A stretch of 64,000 nucleotides of DNA from Pavona decussata (Eukaryota), in NCBI GenBank assembly GCA_977016875.1, contig CDRNST010000056.1, positions 62,001 to 126,000 on the forward strand, in the 5' to 3' direction. Position numbers and translations under genes: made by a program. This document shows, one piece after another, positions 10,750 through 24,889 of the stretch (its first letter is position 1; each line of letters starts with the position of its first letter). The notes below the pieces were generated by a model, which was not told where the DNA came from, searched no databases, and was given only the letters and a program-made list of their open reading frames with translations.

Positions 10750-13720
10750 GCGCTCAAATCCTTTATTGATCTGGGAAACGTAATCCTCACTTTTCTAAAA
10801 TTTTGATGACTACATCTGAAGATTAAAGAAAAAGACCCGCAAATCTAGAAACGTCTTCTAAAATCATGTAAGTCACACTTGAGAAATTTGCCAACCTCGA
10901 ACTCACACAGAACACTGATTTGAGGCGAGAGCCATTCGACAGACATTTTTTTTTTATTGAGCTCGATTTAGGCTTTTGTTCATTCTCTACCATGAGCACT
11001 TTCAGGGAACATCATTGTGCCAAAAACGGAAGAAAAAATCTTGGTTCCAAAGATTCAAACTGTCCTAGAGAAATTTGTCAGAAAGGCGCCCTGAGATCGA
11101 CATCATCTAACAATTTATCGTTACATTGCTTTCCTCCCCGAAAAGTTAAAATTTAAAAGTGATGTTTCCTGAAGAGGTTCTTTTGGATCTGTGTGACTAT
11201 TTCAATAAAAGCTATTAATGACTGAGAAATGTTTTCTTGTTGCACGGTTCCGTTTTTCAATAGTACTTAAGTGCGGGATGCTCGGCCGACGACCGGCCCG
11301 AGCCGGGATAATTTTATTTATTTATTCTGGTATTCTTAGAGGCACAGACTAAGTTAAGGCGATTTAAAAATCAGTTTCTAGTTGATCCACTTGAATGCGC
11401 GATCCACATGACCCGTGCATGACAATTTTAAAGTCATGCCGGCATACGTTTGGAATAACTTGCATGCGTAGACTGTAAACTATTTGCCGGCACTTATATC
11501 CCTTATATCAGTGGATCCCTGAGTGTGTGGATATTCTCCAGAGTATCGTTGTCTTCGATCTTCTTATTGGGCGACGCTATATTGGAGCATTCTCCTTTTT
11601 ACTGGAGGTAACTCTTTGAATTTGTGGGTGTTTGATCCCTCGAGGGGAGTGGAGTGGTGGGAGCTATAACGCGCTAAGCCTGAAATATACTAAATTATAT
11701 GGGTTTTTTCCGATGCAGTGTTCTTCTGCTGGATAAAACAGCAACTAGATATACAGCATACTGTTTTTGACTCTCTTAAAGGTCATAATCTTTATCAGCC
11801 ACGGCTGATGAGGGTGATGTCTTGCAGTTGGCAGTTCAAGCCACTGTAAGTACTGTTTGATATTCTCTTCTATTACAGCCTCATATCATATTAGAGACCA
11901 AGGGAAGTTTGCAAACCGCTTTGAGGCCGCTCGTAAGGTAGCAAAGATTACAGAGGGAGAGGTTGGATACAATAATAATAAGTGTATTATCGTTTGTCTC
12001 ACGATGACTCTAAGATTTAAATCGCGACGTTCCGACTGCTTACTGCTAGTCTGCATCAGGCCATGAGGTCGACTGGTTACGCGGCACCATTTATGTCACA
12101 ATGGTCGGCTGTGATTGGTACATTTCGATCCCCATTGTTTGGGCGAGAAGTTGTTCCCTCCCTTTAGTTTCTCTTAGTCTTCATTGGACTGACGAAATCT
12201 CGTGTTCTCTGCAAAAAGGATTTTAACTAAACAACATTATTACTGAGTCTGGGTTCGGTGACTTTACGTAGGAAGGAACGGATGGAACTTTCAAAGCGTC
12301 CTTATAAGGATCGTTCTCCTTCTTTATGTAAGTGCCCTGCATTTAGATACAAATTGAAAACCCGATAAAATAAATTGTGTGATAAATTGCGAAGCTGACG
12401 GCATTGATTGCAAAACAAGATTAAACACTGTAACTCAGGGTTATGGGAGGGGTTGGGTGGGTGGCAAAATTCAGGAACAGTATCATCAGTATGGTACAGT
12501 ATCATCAAACTGATATTCCAAGATAAATACCCGAAAAAAAAAGTCAGAACTGTAAGTTTAGTGTCGCTTGCTCACAAATTACAAAGATTATAAACGTTAA
12601 AAGTCAGCGTTGGCAGAATCCACCCCTCTCCCCCAGATAGGGTTAGCCTCTCTTTTAAAACGACTGACAAAAAAACTCTCTCGTCGGGTTTTAAACTCCT
12701 ACTTATTATACATGCTGAACTCTCCGTGAGTGCTCACTAGTAAATTATGAGCTGTAAACCGTGACAAGGTGATCCCCTGTACAAAGTCCAAAATCCATAA
12801 TATCGGTGAGCTCACTTCGTCATTATGTGATCAGTAAGCATTCTAGAAAATTCCTGAACTTGATGCCGCTTCAGAAAATTGGGTTTCCATACCCTCCTAG
12901 AAATTGACCACTAAAATCCTTATTAATTCGCTTAGGATACAACATTTTCTTTAAATATCCTCAGCATCCCGTTAAGCGTTACAATTAAGTGAGTTTAATG
13001 AAGCAAAAATTATTACACCATTCATATTTCTTTGAATATCTTGAAAATATCCGGGAAATGCTTATCTACAAGATATCGGAAAGAAGCTTTGTATAACGAG
13101 GAAAAAGTCTGTGACTTATCTTGAGCTACGACGTTAAATGATCTAACATAAAACTGATTGCAGCCTGGTTTCAGAAGTGAAAAAATAAAGTTCTTGAGAT
13201 CGTCTGGAACAAGAAGTTGTTAATGTACCTTCTTCTCTAACAAAACTGGTCAAACCAAACATAGGAAATATTAAATTCCCTGTTAAAGAATCTGCACGTT
13301 TTAAAAGAACCACTGAAGAGGTTTTACTTCAATGACCAGAGTGTGCATTCATGAATATCTGCTGACGGAAAACTTGAGATCACGTTACAAGAGAACTAAT
13401 TTGGATGTGGGGAGAGAAATGGTTTAAAATGCAGAGAGTGAGAGTATATAACAATTAATTAACGGCTCGACAAAAGGCTGTTAAAATTCTCAACTTTCAA
13501 TTTGTTAATTTTGTAGTCAAACAAGGGACCAAATGCAGATATTCGCTAAAACACTGTCTACACAGAAATCAGTTATGTGATCTTACAAGACGGCAAACTG
13601 AGTCCTAGACAAATAATCTTGTTAGAGTAATGCAATAACTAATCGCCCAAGGTTTTACAGGTGATGGAAAATTCGGCTTTGGCAAAAAGTAAAATATTTA
13701 TGTACCTGATTGCCACAATT
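10750..13720 (+). repeat. Ancient non-coding tandem unit, copy 2 (duplicated at ~32670-35580)
   Basis: Same ordered blocks at 10781, 11245, 11437, 12782, 13000 and 13614. Confidence 0.8.
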
Positions 13721-13739
13721 GCTGTTTAAGACAACTGAA

Positions 13740-13995
13740 ATTTCACACTCCTGATTTCTCAAATAGTATAGATCCACTTTCAACTTTCCTTGAGTTCAAG
13801 CAAGAATAATGTGTTTCTATAATTGCCACTGCGGACATCTGAGAGCGAGCTAGGAAAAACCCTATATTTCATTTCCCACGTTTAGCTGCATTGAAGACTC
13901 TCGAACTCTATGAGCTAGTATTAAGTCTTTTTTCCCTTTCTGTAATTGTAAAAATTGTATTCTTGAATATTTAATAATCCGAATAAAAAAATTAA
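13740..13995 (+). mobile_element. Probable 3' end of a truncated LINE (also ~35590-35850)
   Basis: Short Cys-containing terminal frame (YNCHCGHLRAS*), T-rich UTR, then AATAAA and an A-rich tail; interrupts the unit 2/3 junction. Confidence 0.35.
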
Positions 13996-13999
13996 AAGG

Positions 14000-16900
14000 A
14001 AATGTTTCCTGTGGTGCAGTTCCGGTTTTGAATTGCTACCAAGTGGGCACTGCAGCCAACCAAAATGATTCTATTTTGGTATTCTTAGCAGACACTCTTA
14101 AGTTAAGCTGGCGATCTTAAATCGGTTTTAGTTGGTCGACTTGAATCCAAGATCAGGGCGATATTGGCGTGCCATACCGGCAAACGTTTTACATAACTTG
14201 CATGCGCAGGCTGTAAACTATGTGCCGCGTGACTGCTTATACCAATAAGGACAGCTCTTCAGCCGAGCTCCCCGTTCTTCGCGATGTGTCCGTCACACTG
14301 GTTGCCTTCCTTTATTGTAAGATACTCTTTAAGAGCACTCTCTTTTTGCAGGGGGTATCCGTAAAGTTTTGTGTCTGTGAGTACTGGGGAGGGGAGGGGA
14401 GCAGGGTAGGGTTAGGGTTGGTGAAGAAAAGCTATAACGCGCAGACCTGCAAGCAATAAGCTTATATCAGAGTCAATCTTTTGAGTTTCCCGATAAAATT
14501 TTCTATCCTCTTGCGTGATGAAACGAAAAATACATAATTATCTTCTGTTTCTAACCGTTTCGATCATTATTGTTTCTTAGCTACATAATATTTTAACCAA
14601 AAGTACCCAATTTTTTGTCTGCTTATCAACTCACATTCCTACGGGAAGTGACCCAGGACTCTNNNNNNNNNNNNNNNNNNNNNNNNNNNNNNNNNNNNNN
14701 NNNNNNNNNNNNNNNNNNNNNNNNNNNNNNNNNNNNNNNNNNNNNNNNNNNNNNNNNNNNNNNNNNNNNNNNNNNNNNNNNNNNNNNNNNNNNNNNNNNN
14801 NNNNNNNNNNNNNNNNNNNNNNNNNAAATTTAAAGAAAAGAAAAAGCATAATTTCTGTATCCATAGTTTACAAAAACCAGGATAATTATTGGCATAATTT
14901 TAGAAATATACGAGCACTGCTATACTATGCAAACTATAACTCAAACTCCCTCGGTTTTACGAAACCGTCGTTCTTGGTTATACTCGCTGGCCAGGACTCT
15001 CCCGTGACTGTGCGCTAGTATTGCAAATCACGAGGTCAGTATATCTTAACACATATGATATTACGGTTTAGTGGCACAGGAATTACTAAATCTAGCTGGC
15101 ATATGTTAGTTATTACTCGAGCGTGTTTCTCTGCTTTTAGAATCTCTGACCTCTGTTTAGTCAAACATTTTCATGTGTCTAATTTTAGTAAGGGAAAAAA
15201 TGAATTAACACTTAAAAGTGTTGAGACTGACTAACACAAAGCTGGGTTATTTTTTCAATTTCACTGGTACCAAAAACTATATTGAAATACATATTTAACG
15301 TATCTATGACTCATACACTGATCCACACAATGTTTATGACACTGAACTGAATTGTCAAGATGACAGGCATTAACATGTACCAGCCTCTGGCTGCAAAGTA
15401 TAGTATCAATAAAGTATATATCTACCTATCTATACGCTAAATTGAGAAAGTACAAAGTCCAAAATCCGTTATATCCATGAACTGTGTTTGAGTTAAGTGA
15501 TGTGAATAAACCCTGACCCTAATATCCTTGACTTCAAAATATTGGGTTTACCATGTCCACTAAATCATTTTATCCAGGCTTATATTTCCATTTTTGTTAT
15601 ATAGCTTTATTCTTTGACCAAATCCCCTTGAACTGACTAATTCCCTACAGTTTTCAAGAGGGATAACGAAATTGCACCGGCTAAAAGCCGCCTAAAGAAT
15701 AATATCGAAATTTTCTCAGACCAAAAAGGAGATTTTTTTTTGCACCCATTTTACTGGTTCCACAGAATCAAGGTTTTGTTTTTGCATCTTGAAAGTGAAG
15801 CAGAATGAAAACGATAGTTTAACTGAACCGGTATGGCATTTGATCCTTTGTGGTAAGGCTGGTAAGATCTATGACCAGTTGTTTCTCCACCAGACGCGAA
15901 GAAAGCACTGCTGACAGGGTATACTTGTGGGAAGCGGCTGACAAACAGCCACCGATGAGTACCTTGCCAAAACCGGTAGGTCGAGACAAACACTTAGCTG
16001 GCAAAGTGGCGGAAAGTAACAAACGTCAACTTCGGAAATAGCGAGATTGGAAAGTAAAACCAAACAAAAAACCTCAAAATGTTAGGGAAGTGTATATCTG
16101 TAACCTAACTGAAAATGCACGACAGGAACTTGACACTGTAAAATTACTAATAGCTAGGCCGGAACGCCCCACTTTTGAGACTGCGGAAATGATCCCTTGG
16201 TCTTCAATCTACACACAACGGAAATTTTGGAGGAAACAACTATTGAAAAATTCCTGAAGCAAAATTATTTATAACATTCATGTTCTATATTTATTTAATG
16301 GTTTTAAAAAACAACACCGTTTAATGATCTGTTATTTACATATTGATCAAAGGCAGCCGGAACAGAAACTTTTATATCTTCTTTGTTGGCAAGAGATTTG
16401 AAAATCAAGGAAGAAATCTTTCCGCAATAATAAAACAGCACTATTGGGAAGAACTGTTGAAGAGCTATGACAAAACATCCTACTGGTCTTGGTCTACTGC
16501 TGACCCAAAAGTTAGGATCACATTACAACAGTAAATTTGGATATGGGAGTGACCGGCTTAAAAGTGAAAAAGTGTGAGTATTTAAGGCTGGTATATGTTA
16601 TTCTCAACTTTGAATTTGCTAATTTCGTGCTCAGACAAGCGACGAAATGTGGTTATTTGCTACAACGTCAGAAAATATGTGATCTCAGAAGACGTCAAAC
16701 TGAATTCTAGAAAAATTTAATCTTGTTGGAATAATTCAGTAACTAATCGCGCAAAGGTTACAGGTAGAGGAAATTAGACGCAAACGCACAGCTTGTAAAA
16801 TTCTTTAACAGTGGCCAAGGATGTTTATTTACCTGAGCACCGCAAAAATCTAATTCCTGCTTCAAGTGACAGCGTGTCTTTGAATAGCCGAGAAATATAT

Positions 16901-18700
16901 TTGTATCGATGAAAAACGTTAAAATAATTCCCAAGTTTTGTTAAAAAATGAACTTTACTAGTGCACCGAAACTAGTATTTATAATCTTTGGCTGCAGATG
17001 GTTAGAATAGGAATGGATTGCAGCTTGAAACAATTGGCCATTTTTTTAAATTCAATTCTTCTGATTTGCACTGGAAAATTTTGCTTTAATCGTTATGGTT
17101 TCTTGCTTTAGAAATCCCGCTTGAAATGCTCGTCTTGGCACTCTAAGAGCAGTTTGATGTTTGAGCAAAGTTACCAACTCGTCAAATATTTTGTCCAATT
17201 TGGCCACACACAACAAAATCCCCGTGACATTGACAAAGCTGAACTTTTACAGCTACCTTACTTCTTAAATACCGTCCCTTACTGCCTGACAAATACATGC
17301 AAACAGTCGCACGAAGCGCAAGGACAGCTCGTGCTCGCGAGTTCATTTAACTGAAGAAATGGCCTCATTTTTTCTTTTACTTAATTTGAAAAAAAAAAAG
17401 AAAAAATCCCGCAAAATCCACTTTCATAACCAGCCTTGCCAGGACTCAGACAACTTCTTACGGCGCCGCAAGCCGAGAGCATGCAGCGAGTGTCGATGTC
17501 GGATGATTCCATGAAAACGGACTTTGAGCTAAAAGTCTCAGTATTACATAACCTGATTTTTGAACTTGAGAGAGAGTCAGAGTGACTCCCTAGACTGCTT
17601 CACGTAAGCCATCCTCATGCAGATAGTTCCATTAGCATAGACCAACTGACTCGACAAAAGATATAGGTTTTTGCGCGCACTGATTGCTTGACAATTCAAA
17701 CTCGGGATAGTATTTGCTATTCTCCTTAGGAAATCGACCTAGACTTAACGCGCGAGTTGTTTTGAATATGGTCAGAAATAAATGAGTCACTATGGGACTA
17801 GCTATGCACTTGTTTGGTATCTACTAAAACAAGTGTCCATAGATGTCAGTAAATAATTGTTAGTTGTTTACTGCTTTTACACTCAGCAAAGAATACCAAG
17901 TGTTACCTTTCAATATCTGAGTTCCTTATAATCTGATGATCTAGACTGGTTTCGCAAAATTGCATTTTCATATATTGACATTTTTCCCCACGTTTCTGTA
18001 TCTACCGGGTCTGTCTTGAATTACGTCGTGATTAATTTGATCTCCTCGGGCCGTCCAGGTTACTTTTCTCGTTTCTTTTAAGGCAGATGCCTTAGTAGAA
18101 AAGGTTGACTTCTCTCTAACTGTACAATACCACAAAGGAAGGGATAAGATCAGAAAAACGTCTCACTTTTCCGGATATAAAGTTTTATCTCAGTGTACTG
18201 TTGGGAATTTGCTGGTTAATTTTATTTCCTGGCGTCGCAAAAGTGGAGCTGCGCTTAAGTCACTGCAGACTATAAGAACTTGTCACCGATCGTAGGTAAG
18301 TAGCATTTTCAATTAACAGAACGCGAAACTCATTACTGACACGCATGCAGGCGTCTCGTCTACCTTCATTTATCACTACGTCCTCTTTTTCCTGGCCTCT
18401 AGATAAATGCCAGTTTTTCATTCAGCTTAGAGTAAAAATTACTTCTGATTACTTAGGATGAAGTTACTTTTCCTGTTTAGGTAGTTTAACACAAAGGTGA
18501 TCCCTCTGTTTGTTGCTGTTTTAACAGCAGGAACTATTTTAAAAAAACTCTGATCGGTCAGGAAATCGTTCTATTTTTATTTTTAATCGAGAGAAACGTT
18601 TATCTCCAGGAGTTTGCATTTCCTGTCTTCTCCTGTGCACTCGCTGTAGCGTAGAACTCTCAATTGATACACTATTTGCTTATCTGTTCATGCTGTGGCC
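14000..18700 (+). repeat. Ancient non-coding tandem unit, copy 3 (duplicated at ~35850-40700)
   Basis: Blocks at 14018, 14171, 15453, 16252, 16718 and 18420-18650. Confidence 0.8.
14663..14825. other. Assembly gap (163 N)
   Basis: Run of N. The paralogous sequence is 36516-36827, which contains a (TTA)n tract. Confidence 0.99.
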
Positions 18701-19392
18701 TGGCATATTGTTTCTACACTTATAGCTTTGCGGCAGATCTTATCCAAAGACTTGTTGAGGCATATAGTTACTGAATAAAAGGATGGTTATGAGCCAGACA
18801 AACGTCTTTGTTATATATTTTTGTTAGCATTTTTGGCCTTGACCGCGCACAGACCATAATAGATTTTGAAATGTGTAAAGCAACTGACCAATAGAAACGT
18901 TCCTGTTAAGATATTCAAATGTAGGGCGGTGGATATTAAAACAAAGGATAGTGTACGGTCGAGGCCCTTCCAACACTAAATTTGCAGCACCATTGTTGCC
19001 ATGGCAAGGTTAACGATAACCAGCACCTCGATTAACTCTTGGGGCTATTTCCAGAGATTGGTTTGTCCCACGAATTCACTGAAACAGGTTCGAAGTGAAG
19101 GAAAAATTTATCCCTTAGAAATTTCGGTCAGTGTCACTTTGCGGGAAATTTTCGTGGGACACGTCTAGTCCTAGGGACTTGCGTGTTGACCTTTTATCCA
19201 CGGAACCCTAATTGGATGCATTATAAATAAACGTAAATTCCTTTCAAATGACCTCAACACAATTTTCGGTTTCCTATATAATACAGAAGCACTTGTTTTA
19301 CAAATTCTACATTTTGGGCGTGCTGTATTTGTTGTGCTATTAATTCCCCCAAAAGGAAACCTGAAGGTACTGTATCAAAAATGCCTTATTTT

Positions 19393-20112
19393 ATAAACCC
19401 CTTATGAAGTGAAAAATAAGCATGCTTATTTGAAAAGCCTTTCAAAGTGTCTAATACTGTAGTGGCGTTTTCGTCTCTGAAATATCTCGTTCAAAAACTA
19501 GTGACGTCATAAATAATTTCGTACAAAAATAAATCACAAAATCAAGAATATCTCGGGAAATTTGGAGTGCTTCTGTTCAAACTTGGCACCAATAATGTAC
19601 GCCAGGTAAGAAACAAAATGACGACCATTTTGACGTTTCCATGTTATTACTCTCGGCCCCAGTCCCTTTTTGCTGTGAACCAAACCAGTCTCCATTTTCG
19701 ACCAGTAAAGGAGAGGCAGACAGTCCTACTTGAAACGCACGAAGTGTCCATATTGCCCTGCGTCTCCACCTCACCAGCTCATTGGGAGTAAATGATATCT
19801 GATTAAGGCAAAAAATGAGAACTTCTAGCATAAAATAGACCCGAAAGCAAAGTTGGTGTCATTTTGTGTCTTACTTGAGGTACATTACTAGTGCCAAGTT
19901 TGGGCAGCATCACTCCAACATTTTTCGAGATATTCTTGATTTTGAGATATATATTTGTACTGTAACTATTTGTGACGTCATCAGTTCCGAACAGAAACTT
20001 GAATACCTCTGGATCAAGGGAGGATATTTCAGAGACGAAAATGCCATTATTCGTTACTTTGAAAGGCCTTTCAAATAACCATAAGTTATTTTTTACTTCG
20101 CACTCACTTTAA
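19393..20112. mobile_element. Long-TIR non-autonomous DNA transposon, Kolobok-like
   Basis: Imperfect ~200 bp inverted arms: gaagtgaaaaataa..ttatttgaaaagcctttcaaagt..ttttcgtctctgaaatatc..tgacgtca..aaaatcaagaatatctcg..aaacttggcac, with their reverse complements at 19890-20100. Right end cact-TTAA. Confidence 0.75.
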
Positions 20113-20609
20113 GAAGCGGACAGAGAAAAACTTTCATTTGCCTTTCTAATCCACAGGTGGTCATACGGAATTGTGCTCTATGAAATATTCACCATTGGTC
20201 AGTAAATCTTCCAGTGATCTTTTATATTAATGAATTAAGAAATAATATTTTTAATAACATGTATACGTTACAATTAACACATTGACAAAGAGAGAAGAGG
20301 ATTATTTTCAAAAGAAACTGTGGTGGGTCGACTGTGGGGAAGTGGAGACGAATGCGTTGTTTTTTCGAGCGTTAGTCCTTTTCTCTAACGAACGGCTCAA
20401 CCTCGAAAGGTTTTGACAAAGAGACCTTAGTGCTGATACCATATAAAAACAAAAATTTGATCTTAGAAGGGCGAGGTGTGTAAGGATTGAACAGACATTA
20501 AACGGAGAACTTGTTGGCCGACCTTGACGGAAAGGGAAGTATGCCATTGTAGCGATGGGGGAGGATTATAATTGTCGATCGTGGTTAAACACATCAGGGA
20601 CAGTCTGTT

Positions 20610-21436
20610 TTAATTTGACAAATATTTGCATCTGGATTTCTGGTCCCCAAGACCTTCTAGATGTTTTGACGAATGTGCCGTGAGTAGATCGCACATGGGA
20701 ACTTGAATGTTACCAAAAACGTACGAAAGACGAAGTCCACTCAGCTGGCCTGTGCGCTGATTTCGATAGTGTTTAAGCAGACGAATACGGAAATCATGCA
20801 ATAAATGCTTGCTTGGTATGAAAAGAAATAAATGACAATGTAATAGTGATAACGAGATAACTTTGTTTCATAGTTAACCAGGCTATTTTAAGTTAATATG
20901 TTCTTTAAACAGCAATGCTAAGGCTGGAAATGTCTTTTATATTTTGGGACAACGTCTAGTACTGAACACTGAACCTGCCATTTTTATCACGTGCGAGAAT
21001 CTGCACAACAATTGCTCCAAAATTCTAGTAATGGGCTTATACCCCAGCCATACCGGTTCACAGTACAGCGGTAAACACATTCCTTTCTTTGCCCTAGTGT
21101 TCCGTTGCAGACCGATCTTTTCGAGCTAGTGGTATGAAAACGTGGTGTACATGCTTCAGCACTATTGATAAAATTAACAAGTTCTGATCTGAAAGCTTTT
21201 CTTTCATCTCTTAACAACTGCCTTCAAACCGCTATTTGCAGTGATACTTTGTACTTGTCCCTATTCCATGCGTTCGATTTTGCCCTCTCAGCAGCAGTTC
21301 AGTTCGTCGAGTTTACTTTGCTGGCATCCGAGTCTTTCGAGATGTGTTTCGACCTCTGCAAGTGTTTGGTCTTTATTTTTTTTAAGAGAAGAATGCCATC
21401 TGCCGATAGTGTCTTGGCATTTTTTTTGGATAACCT
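20610..21436 (-). pseudogene. Decayed coding-like sequence of unknown family (possibly transposon- or virus-derived)
   Basis: Polypyrimidine+CAG acceptor-like site at ~21436 on the minus strand, then a ~150-codon K/R/E-rich frame broken by two TGA codons (plausible CGA deamination). No recognisable domain. Confidence 0.3.
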
Positions 21437-22934
21437 GGTGAGAAAAAAGAATACAAGAAAATAAATAAAGAGCTAGCCTTACGTGATTTGTTTTAGAAAT
21501 TTTGTATTAAAAAAAATTTGGACAATGCTATCATTGTTCAGTTGTTCTGATGAAGTAATAAAGCCAAAATTGTGCACGTGGCTTTCCATTTCTTTTCTTT
21601 TTCTTTTTTTTTTTTTTTTTTTTCGATTTTAAAAAGGATTTAATTTTTTTTGACACGCGAGAATATCGGTGACTTATGAATGCAATCAATAATTAATCGA
21701 CAGCATGACAAATCGAACAGGATGTTCCATCCGATGAACCAGCAAAAACACCATTTGCCAAAAGGAAATGGACAAGTCTTCGAAATTAGAACAATGTCAT
21801 CATTAGTAGGGCGTGAAAGACAAGAACTTTGCTAATTACTTATACTGCAAGATCGTTACTCTTAAAAATGAAATTAAGGTTGAATAACATTGGATACAAT
21901 GAATGAGTAAGATCACCATGTGCTCAAGTTAAATTCAGTCAGCTTTAAAATTTGCGAGGTCCAATTGGGTAACTACTTTTTGTAAGACTAATAAAATTCA
22001 TTTTATTGCGACAATTTAAGTGCAATGATAAAATTAATTAATTCATTAATTTAGTCATTAATTAATTAATTAATTTATTTATTTCTATAGTGATTTTCTC
22101 CAGCTTGTTTAAGGATGATAATTTTTTCTTATGTTGATACTCCTAAATAATAGATTTTGTAATAATTTAACTGACAAACTGATCATAGGGTCACCGAATT
22201 TGTTGAAGTGATTATATGGCGCAAAGAAACCCTTTTGGTCCGTTGGCTGTTGACTGGTGACTGGGATATCAATGCTACTGCCTGTAGTTTTCTCTCATCG
22301 TGAGTTTAATAGGATCTCTTTTGTCAATGCCTTTGCCGAGTCGTATTGGGATAGTACTTAAAGTTAGTTAAAGAACTTCCATTGGATATGAGACGATAGG
22401 TAGCTTATCCCATACCCAACGAGTGTGACTGTAATAATGGCTTCATTTAAAAAAATAACAAGACACATTGCTGCTCTTGCTGATTTCATCATCAAAGAAC
22501 GACCAGAGGACGATTTAATGGCCACTATTTCTTGGCATGGCATGATGCTTGATATCTCATGGCCCGGCGCTAAGCCAATCAAAACTTTAGAATTGTATTA
22601 TTACATGTCATATTCACTGCTACGTCTTTCAGCTTATTTGGTATTTGTTGTAAGAAGAAAAAAAATCTTTTTTTTTATTATATTAGACCAATTTTAATTT
22701 TGGTAACGTGATCAAATCAGGAACAGGAAATCAAATAATTAAATAGGTTGTAAGTTATTTATTTTGATAGTAGCATTTTTATTAAGCCTAATTTAAAAAA
22801 CTTGCATCACTCGAGCTGTGTTAATAGTTACAAGGGTAAACGCTCTCAATCTCCTCACATCTGGTGAGTTTCGATTATGATTTTCATTTTTGTAGAGTTT
22901 TCATAGTTGATGAATTAAAATAAGTCAAAAATTA

Positions 22935-24260
22935 AATATACAAGAACCATATTGCATTTTACTTAACACAGGTTTATTGAATACGTTGTATTTTTGCGAA
23001 TACAACAATGCTCATCCTCGGGGCATTTTGTGTTCCTTGATGTTAAAGTTTTAAAAACATTTCGCTATAACTAGTTAATTAACAATAAGGGCTTGTTAAA
23101 ATTTATTTAAAACATTTCACTTTGGAAGTAGTATATTTTATGTAGGCAAAAAGGTAAAGCAAAATAGACTTAGACACAGGTTTATTGAATACATTGTATT
23201 GTTGCGAATACAACAATGCTCATCCTCGGGGCATTTTGTGTTCTTTGATGTTGAAGTTTTAAAACATTTCGCTATTAAACTAGTTAATTAATAATAAGGA
23301 TTTGTTAAAATTAAAACTTTTCACTTTTGAGGTAGTATAATTTATGTAGGCAAAAGTGTAAAGCACAATAGACTTAGACACAGGTTTACTGAAAACATTG
23401 GAACAGTATAGGCGCGAAAAAAAAACGAAAACCCGACATGAAGAAAAGGTGGAACAGGAGAAACTCTCAAATAAAAGAAACCTAGTGCATAATACATAAA
23501 GTAAAAAGATATATTGCATTTTACTAAACACAGGTTTATTGAATACATTGTATTGTTGCGAATACAACAATGCTCATCCTCGGGGCATTTTGTGTTCTTT
23601 GATGTTGAAGTTTTAAAAACATTTCGCTATAACTAGTTAATTAACAATAGGGGTTTGTTAAAATTAAAACGTTTCACTTTTCAAGTAGTATATTTTACGT
23701 AGGAACCAGTGTAAAGCAAAATAGACTCAGACAGGTTTATCGAATACATTGTATTGTTGCGAATACAACAATGCTCATCCTCATGGCATTTTGTGTTCTT
23801 TGATGTTGAAGTTTTAAAAACATTTCGCTATAACTAGTTAATTAACAATAAGGGTTTGTTAAAATTAAAACATTCCACTTTGGAAGTAGTATATTTTATG
23901 TAGGCAAAAATGTAAAGCAAAATAGACTTAGCCACACGTTTATTGAATACATTGTATTGTTGCGAATACAACAGTGCTCATCCTCGGGGCATTTTGTGTT
24001 CTTTGATGTTGAAGTTTTAAAAACATTTCGCTATAACTAGTTAATTAACAATAAGGGTTTGTTAAAATTAAAACTTTTCACTTTTGAAGTAGTATATTTT
24101 ATGTAGGCAAAAGTGTAAAGCGAAATAGACTTAAAATAAAAAATGAAGTAACTGAAGTAGAATTGTTACAATATGAGCGCCAAAAAAACGAAAACCCAAA
24201 AATGACGAAAAAGTGGAACAGGAGAAACTCTGAAATAAAAGAAACGTAGTGCATAATACA
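22935..24260. repeat. AT-rich ~203 bp tandem satellite (5 full units plus interspersed subunit)
   Basis: Unit starts near 22967, 23175, 23529, 23730 and 23933. Confidence 0.92.
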
Positions 24261-24556
24261 TCCAAAATTGCAACAAAATTAGAAGACAAAAAGAGCAAAA
24301 ATATGACAACAGAAAATGACGGTCTAAGATCCTCGGGATTTGCTTCTTCTCGGAGCATGCGCTTGAAGCCGGAGTATTTCTCTGGCCTCATCTTTCTCCT
24401 TCTTAAAGCAACGATATTGCAAGTGGCCTGGTCGTGAGGAACCGCAGTAATAACACCGTAGCTACTTGGGGTGTGGGCGCCTATAGGGGGTGCCGCTTAT
24501 AACCATCGCGCTTGTAGGATAACTCTCCATCCAACCTCAACGTCTTGTCCACTATT

Positions 24557-24889
24557 AGGGAGTTTAAGAAACGAGGACGGTAATGAGCAAAAACAATCGC
24601 TCTGCACGTGCGTTTTACATTTTGGTACATTTATTTCCCTTCCTCTGAAAAACAACAACGTGAAATGACCAAATTTTAGGTTTTGTCGAGAACGGGAGCG
24701 TGTGACGCAAAATCTTCTTTATTTTTGCTTACTTTGACGTTCTAGATACCAATTTAGTTCCTGGAGAGTTCGCCAGCATTTTCCAAGTCAAACAAATTTA
24801 AATGATTACGAAAGAGTTACAAAAACGAGAAGTTATATTTTTAAATGACGTTCTCATTACCGTTGCTGTCCTCGTTTCTTAAACTCCCT
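24557..24889. mobile_element. MITE, duplicate of 840-1205 with ~35-40 bp internal deletion
   Basis: Same TIRs; flanked by ATT...ATT (or TA...TA). Confidence 0.88.

Larger units (their letters stand above)
1..19276 (+). repeat. Large direct segmental duplication, copy A (probably extends left of the window)
   Basis: Colinear near-identity with 23325-41312. Position 1 matches 23325, and homology ends after ttttcggtttccta. Many ORF-track peptides occur twice. Confidence 0.95.

Noticed and set aside
15751-15993. Minus-strand ORFs starting MFVST with aligned stops in units 3 and 4 (15751-15993, 37774-38016, 44363-44575)
   Set aside because: The unit 3 copies begin with GTG, the peptides diverge right after the first residues, and unit 1 has no equivalent. 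Shared DNA ancestry explains the similarity.
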